Shown: positions 29,974 to 39,758 of the stretch, piece by piece
How positions within the stretch are numbered: position 1 is the stretch's first letter
Layout of the letters: every line of letters begins with the position of its first letter
From: Thermofilaceae archaeon
GTDB lineage: Archaea; Thermoproteota; Thermoprotei; Thermofilales; Thermofilaceae
NCBI GenBank assembly: GCA_038861545.1
Contig: JAWCCZ010000004.1
Location: 189,182-253,181 of the forward strand
Length of the DNA stretch: 64,000 bases
Direction: 5' to 3'
Position numbers and translations under genes: made by a program
The notes under the pieces: model-generated
Databases searched by the model: none
Told to the model about the DNA's origin: nothing
Seen by the model: the letters and a program-made list of their open reading frames with translations, nothing else

Positions 29974-30076
29974 GCCCCGGTAGCTCAGCCTGGTTAGAGC
30001 GCCGGCCTCGTAAGCATGGGGCACAGCCGAGGACCAAGTCAGCCGGAGGACCCGGGTTCAAACCCCGGCCGGGGCT
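29974..30076 (+). tRNA. tRNA-Thr(CGU) with a 28-nt intron (30013-30040 if at 37/38); CCA not encoded
   Basis: Acceptor GCCCCGG/CCGGGGC, D stem GCTC/GAGC, anticodon stem CCGGC/GCCGG with CT-CGT-A, T arm CCGGG-TTCAAAC-CCCGG. Confidence 0.93.
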
Positions 30077-30094
30077 TTCTTACAATTTTTACCT

Positions 30095-30115
30095 AGTAGG
30101 AAGTAACTTCCTACT
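30095..30115. repeat. perfect 10-bp inverted repeat with 1-nt spacer between convergent genes
   Basis: AGTAGGAAGT-A-ACTTCCTACT. Confidence 0.8.
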
Positions 30116-30149
30116 TAAGCTTGGCCAGTTAAGCTACAATCTTTCCCTT

Positions 30150-31436
30150 TCAAGGGTAAGCTCGTCTTATAGTGCGGGGGAAAGGTACAGCGTCGATAAT
30201 GTTATCGAGACCAGCTATCCACATAACTGTTCGATCTACACCAAGACCGAAGCCGGCATGCTGTACTGATCCGTACTTTCTCAAATCTAAGTACCATTCA
30301 TAATCTTCTGGGTTTAAACCAAACCGTTTTATTTTATCTACTAGCTCATCTAATCCTTCAATCCTTTCACCCCCACCGATAATTTCCCCGTAACCCTCTG
30401 GTGCTAGAAGATCGACGGATAGTGTAACTTCAGGTCTTAAAGGATCATTTTTATGGTAGAAAGCCTTGATTTTCTCTGGGTAACGGCATATAAAAACTGG
30501 TTTATCGAACTCTTCTACCAGTACACGCTCTTCATCGGCCCCCAAATCATCCCCCCATTTTATATTCACACCTTTTCCTTCAAGAATTTCTATAGCCTCA
30601 TCGTAGCTTATTCTATAAAACGGTGGTTTACATATTTCTAACTGTTCAATTTTTCTCCCTAAAAGTTTTAATTCATCCTGGTTATCTTCAAGAACTTTTT
30701 GCACTATATATCCTATAAGCTCTTCTTCTATTCTAATTATTTCTTCGAACCCAGTCCATGCAACCTCGGCTTCGCAGTGCCAAAACTCAGTTAAGTGCCT
30801 TCTCGTCCTCGACTTTTCGGCTCTAAAGGATGGAGCTATTGTGTAAACCTTCTCCAAACTGTAAATTAGTGCTTCCAAGTAAAATTGAGACGACTGGGTA
30901 AGGTAAACCGTGCTTTCATCAACATATTTAACTGGGAAAAGTGTTGCCCCGCCTTCTACAGCGGCAGTTACGAACATCGGGCATTGCACTTCATAGTAGC
31001 CATGCTTCCTAAAGTATTTATGAAGCGCGCCGAATACTGTATGCCTAATCTTTAACGCGGCAGTCATCCTTCTACTCCTAACCCAAAGATGTCTAACGTT
31101 CATCAGGTATTCCCTTGAATAGTCTTTCGTTATCGGGAAGCTTTTTGATGTTCCAACAAGCCTAAAAGATTTAGCTTCTAACTCTTTACCGCCGGGAGCT
31201 CGTGGATCGCTTCTCAAAGATCCATTTACCAGGACCGAAGCTTCTATATCCGCTTTTCGGGCTTCATCAGCTATATCGTTCTTGAAAACGACTTGAAGAA
31301 CACCAGTTGAATCCCTAATTAACATGAAAACTTTATCGCGAAGATCTCTGAAGCGGTATACCCATCCCCTAACAGAGACATTTGAACCATCATCCATCAC
31401 AAGGGTTTCCCTAATACTCTTGCAGTAGTCTTCCAT
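30150..31436 (-). CDS. asnS: asparagine--tRNA ligase
   Basis: RHLWVR, VEGGATLF, YLTQSSQFYLE, FRAEKSRTRRHLTEF, GEIIGGGER; start moved to ATG 31436. Confidence 0.93.
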   Translation of the reverse strand: MEDYCKSIRETLVMDDGSNVSVRGWVYRFRDLRDKVFMLIRDSTGVLQVVFKNDIADEARKADIEASVLVNGSLRSDPRAPGGKELEAKSFRLVGTSKSFPITKDYSREYLMNVRHLWVRSRRMTAALKIRHTVFGALHKYFRKHGYYEVQCPMFVTAAVEGGATLFPVKYVDESTVYLTQSSQFYLEALIYSLEKVYTIAPSFRAEKSRTRRHLTEFWHCEAEVAWTGFEEIIRIEEELIGYIVQKVLEDNQDELKLLGRKIEQLEICKPPFYRISYDEAIEILEGKGVNIKWGDDLGADEERVLVEEFDKPVFICRYPEKIKAFYHKNDPLRPEVTLSVDLLAPEGYGEIIGGGERIEGLDELVDKIKRFGLNPEDYEWYLDLRKYGSVQHAGFGLGVDRTVMWIAGLDNIIDAVPFPRTIRRAYP

Positions 31437-31535
31437 ACTCAAAGCAGGGTTAATACCACAACTATATCTTTTGTGTCCTAGGTCTCCCTGCTGCGACACA
31501 AAATTTAATAGGGTAAACTTACCTGCGGTGGCGGG

Positions 31536-31853
31536 ATGAGTATGGAATACGTGTATGCAAGTTTACTGCTACACTATGCTAAAAAACCAATAACGGAAGA
31601 TGCGCTACGCAGAATACTTGAAGCTGCTGGGATAACAGCGGATGAAGTAAGAGTAAAAGCCGTTGTAGCAGCTTTAAGCGGAGTAAATATTGATGAAGCT
31701 ATAAAAAGTGCTAGTTTTATAGCTCCAGCTGTTCCAGCCGCGGCTCCTGCTTCCGTGCCTGAATCGGCACAGGCTCCTGCAGCCGAAGAAGAAAAGAAAG
31801 AAGAAAAAAAGGAGGAAGAAGCTATAGAGGGATTAGCCGCTCTGTTCGGATAA
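31536..31853 (+). CDS. rpl12p: 50S ribosomal stalk protein L12p/P1
   Basis: [11 protein letters not shown], Ala/Pro hinge, acidic tail, GLAALFG. Confidence 0.97.
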   Translation: MSMEYVYASLLLHYAKKPITEDALRRILEAAGITADEVRVKAVVAALSGVNIDEAIKSASFIAPAVPAAAPASVPESAQAPAAEEEKKEEKKEEEAIEGLAALFG

Positions 31854-32582
31854 GATACGTAAACGATTTTCCAGCTCGCGCGGGTTATCAGTATACAACC
31901 TTATTCTCCCGGTAGATCCGCCTGCTGCTGGTATAGACCTTAACTTTATCTCTACATAGCGTCTCCGAGCATCAACTTTCATTTCCTCCACCTTCAATGG
32001 CGCTTTTAAGGGAATCCTATCCTCCAGAATTAACCCTTTATCGGTTAACATATAATAGGCTGGTACCTCCAGCTTTCCACCCATTTTCTGTAAACTCTTG
32101 TTGATCACATAGTTAGTTAAGTAAGAGACCGTCATGAACGTGCCATACAGTGCTGTGAAGGCAGCAAAAAGTTGTAATCTTTGATTTTGAAAGAAGCTGA
32201 AGAAAACATCGCTCAAGCTTGTAACTAGTGTATCCCTTAACCCAGGTACTATGAAAACAAAGAGCAACGCAAATAGCACCAACGGTTGAATTATAAGTGG
32301 TTTAGCCTGTTTACTCAGTTCTTTCTCCAGCTCGCGATCTCTAGCTCTAAGTCGTGTTGCCTCTTCCTTGCTAATAGTTAACAGAGGCTTACCACTCTTG
32401 ACAAACTCAGCATCGCGTAGGAGAGTTGCGGCACTTCGACCAGCTATGGCTGTGGTAACTATCAGCATGGCAACCATGTAAATTATAAAGAACCAAGATG
32501 AGAACTCGGGGTGATTCGAAGAAACGTAGGAGAATGCCACTAGCAATGCAAGCGAGATTAAAGCATTTATCCACGTTTTCAT
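31833..32582 (-). CDS. DUF2208-like crenarchaeal membrane protein
   Basis: Four TM helices, RDREL..E, Y.LTDKGL, PH-like C-terminus. Confidence 0.7.
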   Translation of the reverse strand: MKTWINALISLALLVAFSYVSSNHPEFSSWFFIIYMVAMLIVTTAIAGRSAATLLRDAEFVKSGKPLLTISKEEATRLRARDRELEKELSKQAKPLIIQPLVLFALLFVFIVPGLRDTLVTSLSDVFFSFFQNQRLQLFAAFTALYGTFMTVSYLTNYVINKSLQKMGGKLEVPAYYMLTDKGLILEDRIPLKAPLKVEEMKVDARRRYVEIKLRSIPAAGGSTGRIRLYTDNPRELENRLRILSEQSG

Positions 32583-32630
32583 ATACAGCAGGTTTACCAG
32601 GCTCCTTGAAAAACACTACGTTTTAAGGCT

Positions 32631-35396
32631 TTAATCCCAGAACTCTCTAGTCCGCACGTAATCAGCTTCTGCTTTAGCGATTTCTCTAACTAATTCGTCA
32701 TAATCCTTGCTAAGGCTAAGCATCCTAGCAGCTACGACAGGCCCCACTCCTCTACCCGCAAGGCAGAATAACGCTTTCTTACCGTAGCTCATAACAAGGA
32801 TGGCGCTCTTTTGTGCGGATTTAACAATTTTCATCTCGCTTTCCGTTAACTTCTCACTTCTCCTCCACTTCTTTAACACTTTAAGGGACTCCTCATCCCA
32901 CGGGTTTAAAGCTGCAATAACCTTGGATCCGCATGAGGGGCATCTGACCTCTTCGCCTACATCGCCTACGATTACTACATTACTCCACTTAAGGCAGTGA
33001 AGGCATACCAGTAGAAGCCTAGATTGTTCCAACCTCTTTCTAACAGATTTCAATATTAAAAGGGGTTCTGAGCCTTTAGCTATCAAGCCAGCTTTGTACG
33101 GTTTTTCGAACATGTTTTCGGTCATGGGAGATGGCGCATTCACTTGAACAGCACAAATTTTCTTTGCACCAACTTTAAGTTCATCGGCCAATTGCTTAAG
33201 AATTTTAAGGTCAAAACGTGTTGTTAATAATTCTTTTATAACTTCCTCCTCAAGCACGCTTCCCTCGAAAACCTCAGCTAGCTTCCTAGCTGGAATCTTG
33301 GGAGTACTACCTTTCCTTACTACACCCATCCTCTGACACACGTGAAGTATTTTCCAGAGGTATGCACTAGATCCCTTAACAGCGACATGCGCGTTATCAA
33401 GTAGGTAGTCGATTCTTTCAGTTAAGAGTTCGACAAGCCATTCTCCATGAATCCTCTTAGGTGTTATCAGAACTACACGGTACGCATCAAAATAATATTT
33501 GGAGGAGATTCCGTAAAGCTTGGCTAAGGCGAAAGAGAGCAAAAGTCCGAGCAGAGCGTTAGCTTTAGTCCCTATACATGCATGTACTACCAGAAATCTA
33601 TTGCTGACCTCGATTACAATCTCTTTATCGCTTGGAACAACCCCTATAGCTTCTATCTGTTGCTCGACATAGTGTTTTAATGCATCAAGCAAATCTTCAT
33701 CCACTCCATACTCTGATACAAGCCTCCTAAGAGGTTCTGATAGAACTCTCCGCCTGAGTGCGCCAACTTCCCTAGCTACTTTATAAGGAACTGGCAAGTC
33801 TTCACCAACCCACGCAGGGATAGCGGCTTCCGCTTCGCCCGAGGGGGTGACATACACTTTACACTCGTCTAATGATAGTTTGATGACTTCCCATACTCTA
33901 CCCCCTAAGATGAACCTCGACCCTTCCGCGATCGTTGACGCCGCAAAATCACCGTCGAGTGAGCCGACACGCTTACCCTCAGCTACGTCGACTACGTCGA
34001 AAGACTCTACATCAGGTATGGTTGAAGCCGCTTCATAGTAATATGAAATACTCCGAGCTCCTTTGAACAGTCTGCCATCGCGAAATCTGAGTACTTTTAT
34101 TCCCTCTAGGAAAAGGATCAACTTTTCAAGTTCCTGCATCGTTATGTTCCTGTAAGGGTAAGCCTTACTTACGACTTCGTAAACTTCTTTCAAACTTATA
34201 CCATCATTTACTAGCAGCATCCCTACAACTTGATGAGCCAAAACGTCGTAAGCATTCTCCTCAATTTCTGAGTCCTCTAAATCCCCGTGGGCTGCCCTTC
34301 TAGAGATGACTATCGATTCGGCTAGGTCATCTAAGTCGGAAGCTATTATACACCCCCTAGCTATACCCCCTCGGAAATGGAAGCTTCTGCCAACTCTTTG
34401 AATCAGCCTATTTACCTGTCTCGGAGACATGTACTGGACAACATACTCAATAGAGCCAACATCGATGCCTAGCTCTAAACTAGACGTTGCTATAACACCC
34501 TTTAGCTTTCCATTCTTCAAACCGAGCTCAACCGATATTCGTTCCTCTTTAGATAAGGAGCCGTGATGTACTGCGATAGAGTTTTCGAAAAACCTGCGGA
34601 GTTTCACTCCAAGCGCCTCGGCTGTATCCCGCGTGTTGACGAATATTAGGACATTCCTATGCTTTCCAAAGATTTCGGTCAAGAGCTTCATTTTCTCCTC
34701 AGACTCGTAACGAGAATCAATGTATGCTACTTCTACCATATATTTGCGTCCTTCTTTGGCTTCAATTATTTCGAAGCCACGGTAACCAGTGAGAAATAAT
34801 CCAGCAACAATCACATTGTTGATAGTCGCTGAAAGACCTATCCGTTGAATTCTCCTTTTAACCAATGACTCGAGTCTTTCTAAAGCCAAAGTTAACTGCA
34901 AACCCCGTTTACTCTGCATTAATTCATGTAGTTCATCAACGACGACCCATTTAACTGAGCTTAGCGCTTCACGAAACCTAGGCGCTATAAGCAGGAATTG
35001 TAAAGTCTCAGGAGTAGTTATGAGAACATGGGGAGGATTCTCAACAATCCTTTTCCGAACACTTTGAGGGGTATCGCCATGCCTTACTTCGAGCGTTACT
35101 CCTACTTCAGCAGCAAGCCTACTAATTCTAAGGAATATATCCCTATTAAGAGCTCTTAGCGGGGTAATGTAGAGTGCTTTCACACCCCATTCCTTAACGC
35201 CTTCCGTTAGTATAGAACTGATTATTGGAAAAACAGCTGCTTCGGTTTTCCCGTAACCGGTTGGTGCTACTATCAACACGTTAGATCCTTTAGCTATAGA
35301 TTTGAATGCTCTAACCTGAACATCGTTGAAGCTAAGATACCCAAACTTTTCGGCAACCTTTGCCAATTCTGCATGTAGCTGTACTTCTTCGTACAT
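32631..35396 (-). CDS. Lhr-type SF2 DEAH helicase
   Basis: APTGYGKT, ITPLRALNRD, VDELH, HHGSLS, SSLELGID, QRVGRS, C-terminal Zn finger. Confidence 0.95.
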   Translation of the reverse strand: MYEEVQLHAELAKVAEKFGYLSFNDVQVRAFKSIAKGSNVLIVAPTGYGKTEAAVFPIISSILTEGVKEWGVKALYITPLRALNRDIFLRISRLAAEVGVTLEVRHGDTPQSVRKRIVENPPHVLITTPETLQFLLIAPRFREALSSVKWVVVDELHELMQSKRGLQLTLALERLESLVKRRIQRIGLSATINNVIVAGLFLTGYRGFEIIEAKEGRKYMVEVAYIDSRYESEEKMKLLTEIFGKHRNVLIFVNTRDTAEALGVKLRRFFENSIAVHHGSLSKEERISVELGLKNGKLKGVIATSSLELGIDVGSIEYVVQYMSPRQVNRLIQRVGRSFHFRGGIARGCIIASDLDDLAESIVISRRAAHGDLEDSEIEENAYDVLAHQVVGMLLVNDGISLKEVYEVVSKAYPYRNITMQELEKLILFLEGIKVLRFRDGRLFKGARSISYYYEAASTIPDVESFDVVDVAEGKRVGSLDGDFAASTIAEGSRFILGGRVWEVIKLSLDECKVYVTPSGEAEAAIPAWVGEDLPVPYKVAREVGALRRRVLSEPLRRLVSEYGVDEDLLDALKHYVEQQIEAIGVVPSDKEIVIEVSNRFLVVHACIGTKANALLGLLLSFALAKLYGISSKYYFDAYRVVLITPKRIHGEWLVELLTERIDYLLDNAHVAVKGSSAYLWKILHVCQRMGVVRKGSTPKIPARKLAEVFEGSVLEEEVIKELLTTRFDLKILKQLADELKVGAKKICAVQVNAPSPMTENMFEKPYKAGLIAKGSEPLLILKSVRKRLEQSRLLLVCLHCLKWSNVVIVGDVGEEVRCPSCGSKVIAALNPWDEESLKVLKKWRRSEKLTESEMKIVKSAQKSAILVMSYGKKALFCLAGRGVGPVVAARMLSLSKDYDELVREIAKAEADYVRTREFWD

Positions 35397-35459
35397 GATT
35401 CTAGGTGTTTAAGTTGATATACCTCCGCCAAAAATTTATCGAGCACCGCGTAAATCTTA

Positions 35460-35867
35460 TTGATGGCTCCACAATTTAAAAAAAGCGGGGAAAAAGAACA
35501 GCAAGTAACGTTACCGCTTGAAGTACTACTTAAATGCAAACCGATAAGGAATCCTTCAGTAAGCTGGGAAAAAAAGGATGAGGATGAAGTGGTTGTGAAA
35601 GTTAAGTTGCCGGAATCTAAACCAGGTCTGCTTAGTGGTTTTGTTAAAGATCCAACAGAGAAAAAATATGCTCTTGATAAGGTAGGGAGCTATGTATGGG
35701 AACAGCTTGACGGGGAAAAAACGGTAGAAGAAGTGGTTGAATTGCTGACGCAGCGGTTTAAGTTCCATAGGAGAGAAGCTCAGACATCTCTCTTAGCGTA
35801 TCTGCAGATCCTAGCTCAGAGAGGATTAATTATGCTTATTCCACCGAGCCAGCAAGTGGGCGGGTAA
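35460..35867 (+). CDS. PqqD-family (RRE-like winged-helix) protein
   Basis: KPIRNP, LDKVGSYVWEQLDGEKTVEEVV...L..RGLI. Confidence 0.8.
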   Translation: MMAPQFKKSGEKEQQVTLPLEVLLKCKPIRNPSVSWEKKDEDEVVVKVKLPESKPGLLSGFVKDPTEKKYALDKVGSYVWEQLDGEKTVEEVVELLTQRFKFHRREAQTSLLAYLQILAQRGLIMLIPPSQQVGG

Positions 35868-35868
35868 C

Positions 35869-36591
35869 TTGTCTGAGGAAGTTACCGCCGACGAATACGA
35901 AAAATTATTGAATGAATTGGAAAACGAAGTCTTTAGGCAAGTGGAACTTCGATCAGGGGAACTGCTAAAATGGGGTGAAAAGCGAGGTATCGGTGTAGTA
36001 ACATTAGCCCTTCTAATAGACGACCTAAAACGTAGAGGGTCTATCAGTGTATCAAGCGAACTGGAAGTTGTTGACGAGCATTTAGATATATCAATACCTT
36101 TGAGTATTAAATCTAAGATTGTAAAACCGCAGCCTGATGACAGGAAAATTAAACGAAAATCCCGGCAAGTAAAAAAGGAAGAGCAAGGGACGCTATTAAA
36201 GTTCCTATTTAAAGAAGAGAGGGGGGAGGGAAGCGGTGAAACATCTGAAAACCGTGTTAAACCCCACTCAGAAAAAACCTCGAACCAAAGCTCAAGTCAA
36301 GATACCGTACTAGAAAAACTAGAACTTGCCCAGGAAAGCGAAGATTTTACAATAACTCTTCAGTATTTGCGACGATACTGGAGCGTGGGAGAGCTTCGGC
36401 TATTATCCGATTTAAGCGAGCTGGGAGTAAAAGATCCAGCTGCTATTATTCGAAAATTAGAGGAAGACGGAGTCATAGTCAGATCAGAGTTAGGAGTAGT
36501 GAACGCTAACAAAGAAATTATAGCGAAGTTGCTCAGCAGGCTACCCCCCTCTGCTCGTTCAAGCAAAAATTTAGGAGAGCTGTTCGGCTAG
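35869..36591 (+). CDS. hypothetical protein, two putative winged-helix domains joined by a charged linker
   Basis: LKRRGSI and KLEEDGVI wHTH-like ends; K/E/S-rich linker. Confidence 0.65.
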   Translation: MSEEVTADEYEKLLNELENEVFRQVELRSGELLKWGEKRGIGVVTLALLIDDLKRRGSISVSSELEVVDEHLDISIPLSIKSKIVKPQPDDRKIKRKSRQVKKEEQGTLLKFLFKEERGEGSGETSENRVKPHSEKTSNQSSSQDTVLEKLELAQESEDFTITLQYLRRYWSVGELRLLSDLSELGVKDPAAIIRKLEEDGVIVRSELGVVNANKEIIAKLLSRLPPSARSSKNLGELFG

Positions 36592-36639
36592 AATTCAAGC
36601 TGAAACGCTTGATCTAGTTTTAAGTTCACTCCTTCAAGG

Positions 36640-36957
36640 TTAAGAGGGCACATATATCCGGGTTCTACGGTTAGAATCTACCAACTTAATAACACCTTGC
36701 CCTTCAAGGCTACCAAGTACTTGCTTAGCTGCACTGATCTTTAATCCAAACCTACTCGAGAGCAGGAAAGGCGTTATATAGGACCACTTCGAGATCTCTT
36801 TGAGTATTTCATTCATGGATGCCTGTGTTAAAGCACCTTCATCCGTAAGCTTTGCCTTGAAACCTCCTTTCTCGCCTTTCTCCGACGACTTGCTTTCAAG
36901 CTCTTTCTTCATTCTTTTCTCCAACTGCGAGACGGTTGGTCTCTTCTTACCACCCAT
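36640..36957 (-). CDS. rps25e: 30S ribosomal protein S25e
   Basis: MGGKKRPT, YITP, KISAAKQVL. Confidence 0.93.
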   Translation of the reverse strand: MGGKKRPTVSQLEKRMKKELESKSSEKGEKGGFKAKLTDEGALTQASMNEILKEISKWSYITPFLLSSRFGLKISAAKQVLGSLEGQGVIKLVDSNRRTRIYVPS

Positions 36958-36968
36958 ACCGATCCCAT

Positions 36969-39143
36969 CTACTCGGTAATCTCCTCTTTAAATTCCCTAC
37001 GCTGGTCTATCCCTATCACGACTAGCATCAACAAGCCCGCCAACGCGGACAAAGCGGCTGGATCCCCAGTAACCTCGAACAAACCCTCCAGCAAATTAGA
37101 TAGCTCTCCGGCCATCCACTCAGCCTCTCCGCGAGCCCCAATTCCCGCAAACTTTACTACCCCGTTCTCTAATAAGATTACCGTGGGAAAGTTGGTCACA
37201 TTGAACGTTTTTGTCAATACAGTGTTTTCATCTAACACGTAGTACCAAGTAGAAACCCATTCACCTCGGAATTCTCTTAGGGTAGAGGCACTGTCGTATA
37301 TTGAGGGAGAAATCAATACTATGCTTACATTATCTATATCCTCCATATTTTTCAAGCCTGTAAGCAGCACTTTACAGCCAGGGCATTTCGTGTAGAAGAA
37401 TACGAGGACTTTAACACCACTGTTAAGGTCTATAGCTTGGCCATCAATGTCTAAGACCTTACCTATGCCAGCTCGAGTGTTATTAATTTTAGCCGGAATA
37501 GCTGCAAGGTTTTCAACTACTCTGGTAATATTTACCGATGCGTTTGGATAAAGCGGTTGAGTAATCACTGGTGACATTTGATCTGCTTTCTTCAGACTTA
37601 GGGTTATGATGCTTCCGTTAACTCCAGCGTGAATTTCACCTTTCCATTCGATATACCCTTCGGCACTGACAAAAATCGCATACTCTTCTTGGCAAGCTAG
37701 GTATAGTTCAAGCAGACCTTCTTTGGGCTGAAGTTGTTTAGTAACAGGGGATGCAAATCCATTAATTAAAGTCACGTTTAAGGTGTGTAGTAACGGTTGC
37801 TTCGTGTTGTCATCCACTACCTTAAGGAACACAGGACAGTAATTGGGTTCTGTAAAAGTTAACTTTACGTTAATTTTCATGACTTTATTTGGGTCTATTT
37901 CGACCAATGTATAATTCCGCTTATACCCTTCCTTTGTAAAAGATATATTATACAGACCAGGGGGGAGGTTTAAGACAGCTAGACCGCTACTATTTGTGAA
38001 GCTTTCCACGCGTAACTTAGGTATCTCGATTAGAGTTCCGGGCTCTGTCGCTATGATTATTGAAGGTTCTTTTACGCTGTAGATAGAGTAAATGAAATTC
38101 CCCCCATATATGAGAACAACGCCGTCTCCATACTCAAGTAACATGGAATTCTGAAGCGGTAAAAGAGTTCTGACCGGTATTTTCGATTCATCTAAGTAAA
38201 TAGAAGATTCACTTATAACAGCGGGTATTTTACCTACGAAGAAAATCCTAGACCCTTCATCGTATTTTCTTACAGCGTGTATTTTACCACCTTCGATTTT
38301 ACTTAAAAAAACACCGCTATCATTTTGTGATAAAACGTAACCACATTTACTGTAAACTCTGACATCCGCGATTACCCCGTTCACTTCAAACTTTACTTCG
38401 AGACCCTCCTCCAAGTCGTAATAGTAGCCTAAACCATTGTTAATTTTAACGATAACCAGAGTATTGCCTACCAAATCGCTTAAACAAGCTCCGGGCCTTA
38501 CGGCAAAAATTCTACGAAGTTGTGAAAGATTATAGACAAGCACATAGGTATCCGTCATTTTACATAAGGAACATGTAGTGTCGATTCCTGTGATAAGCAG
38601 CAGACTACCTGAGATCTTTATATTGAAAGCATAGACTAACCTGGAATCCCCATTCTTGTCTATTTTATAGACGACTGCTCGTTGCAAGCAATCGAATACC
38701 AGAATTCTATCCGCCTCATAGCCACCTAGGTTATACTTAACGGTAGCAGCTATCCACCTTCCATTAACCGCCGTGCTCTTAATAGAATAGCTCTCTGCCA
38801 GCTGTGCATTCCAAAGTCGTGCACCATCTTCGACGTTCAATGCAATCACGGTACCGTTCCGGAAAACTAATACAGCTATGTTCTCGTCAAGTGGACCTAA
38901 ACCAGCTATTTCAACTTCGTTGAAAGTTAGCAGTTTCCTAGCATTCGCTAGCCTGGGTAACTCGTAGGCGATTAGTGAGCCATTACTGTATGTCACCAGC
39001 AGACGCGTGCCCACGACGGCTGCGTGGACAACTTTAGATTCAGTTAACAGGTGGGTAGCTTGAACGTTCATAGGCTCAGCTAGACTTAGAGCCGCTAGTA
39101 AAAGTATACAATATATAAGGAAGAGAAAGCCGACATACTTCAT
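36969..39143 (-). CDS. secreted, membrane-anchored multidomain protein (beta-propeller-like, PEGA/Ig-like, thioredoxin-like)
   Basis: N-terminal signal peptide; TNSSG..LPPGLYNISFTKEGY; FFYTKCPGC...FPT; C-terminal TM helix. Confidence 0.8.
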   Translation of the reverse strand: MKYVGFLFLIYCILLLAALSLAEPMNVQATHLLTESKVVHAAVVGTRLLVTYSNGSLIAYELPRLANARKLLTFNEVEIAGLGPLDENIAVLVFRNGTVIALNVEDGARLWNAQLAESYSIKSTAVNGRWIAATVKYNLGGYEADRILVFDCLQRAVVYKIDKNGDSRLVYAFNIKISGSLLLITGIDTTCSLCKMTDTYVLVYNLSQLRRIFAVRPGACLSDLVGNTLVIVKINNGLGYYYDLEEGLEVKFEVNGVIADVRVYSKCGYVLSQNDSGVFLSKIEGGKIHAVRKYDEGSRIFFVGKIPAVISESSIYLDESKIPVRTLLPLQNSMLLEYGDGVVLIYGGNFIYSIYSVKEPSIIIATEPGTLIEIPKLRVESFTNSSGLAVLNLPPGLYNISFTKEGYKRNYTLVEIDPNKVMKINVKLTFTEPNYCPVFLKVVDDNTKQPLLHTLNVTLINGFASPVTKQLQPKEGLLELYLACQEEYAIFVSAEGYIEWKGEIHAGVNGSIITLSLKKADQMSPVITQPLYPNASVNITRVVENLAAIPAKINNTRAGIGKVLDIDGQAIDLNSGVKVLVFFYTKCPGCKVLLTGLKNMEDIDNVSIVLISPSIYDSASTLREFRGEWVSTWYYVLDENTVLTKTFNVTNFPTVILLENGVVKFAGIGARGEAEWMAGELSNLLEGLFEVTGDPAALSALAGLLMLVVIGIDQRREFKEEITE

Positions 39144-39571
39144 GTTTCACTCTCCTTAAATAAAAGTTTGATAGGTATACCGTTAAGAGTTTGAACTAGT
39201 AATTTCAGCCCACCTCTACTTGTATCGGTTTCCTTTGCCAACTGAACAATAACCTCCCTTACACGAGCTATCGCTGAAAGCTGATCTCTTAGCGCTGAGA
39301 GCGCCTCCTCAACTGCCGTAAGTTCATCTAAGGCTCTTGCACTCACAACAACCCGTATACCTTTGAAATCAACCTCGTTAATTGTTTTTATTTCCTCACC
39401 TACTAGTTTACTTAGCAGGTCTTCAAGCCTCTTAACTTTCTCTGCTCTTAGCCTAAGCTGCTCGTATCTAGCCTCAAGTTCTTCAATTTTACCTTTCAGC
39501 CTAACTATTTCTGACTCTAAGTACTTTAATAGATCGCCGAACCCATCAAATATCAGCAAGTCATACGACAT
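39140..39571 (-). CDS. coiled-coil hypothetical protein
   Basis: Two long heptad helices around a beta hairpin; ATGA overlap with next gene. Confidence 0.75.
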   Translation of the reverse strand: MSYDLLIFDGFGDLLKYLESEIVRLKGKIEELEARYEQLRLRAEKVKRLEDLLSKLVGEEIKTINEVDFKGIRVVVSARALDELTAVEEALSALRDQLSAIARVREVIVQLAKETDTSRGGLKLLVQTLNGIPIKLLFKESET

Positions 39572-39758
39572 TCAACCACCAGTTTTAATTTTAACTCTCT
39601 GAGAAAGCATTCGTTTCAGTATATAAAAGTATTGAATTTGATTAGTTGTTTGCTTGAATACTCGTATAACCTTAAACTAGGCCGGTAAATTCAACACCTG
39701 CGCTTATCAGAACACCGCTTAGTGTAGATGGTAATATAATTAAAGTATGTATGCTGAG

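Noticed and set aside
29846-30269. ORFs overlapping the tRNA
   Set aside because: Spurious frames across the GC-rich tRNA and asnS
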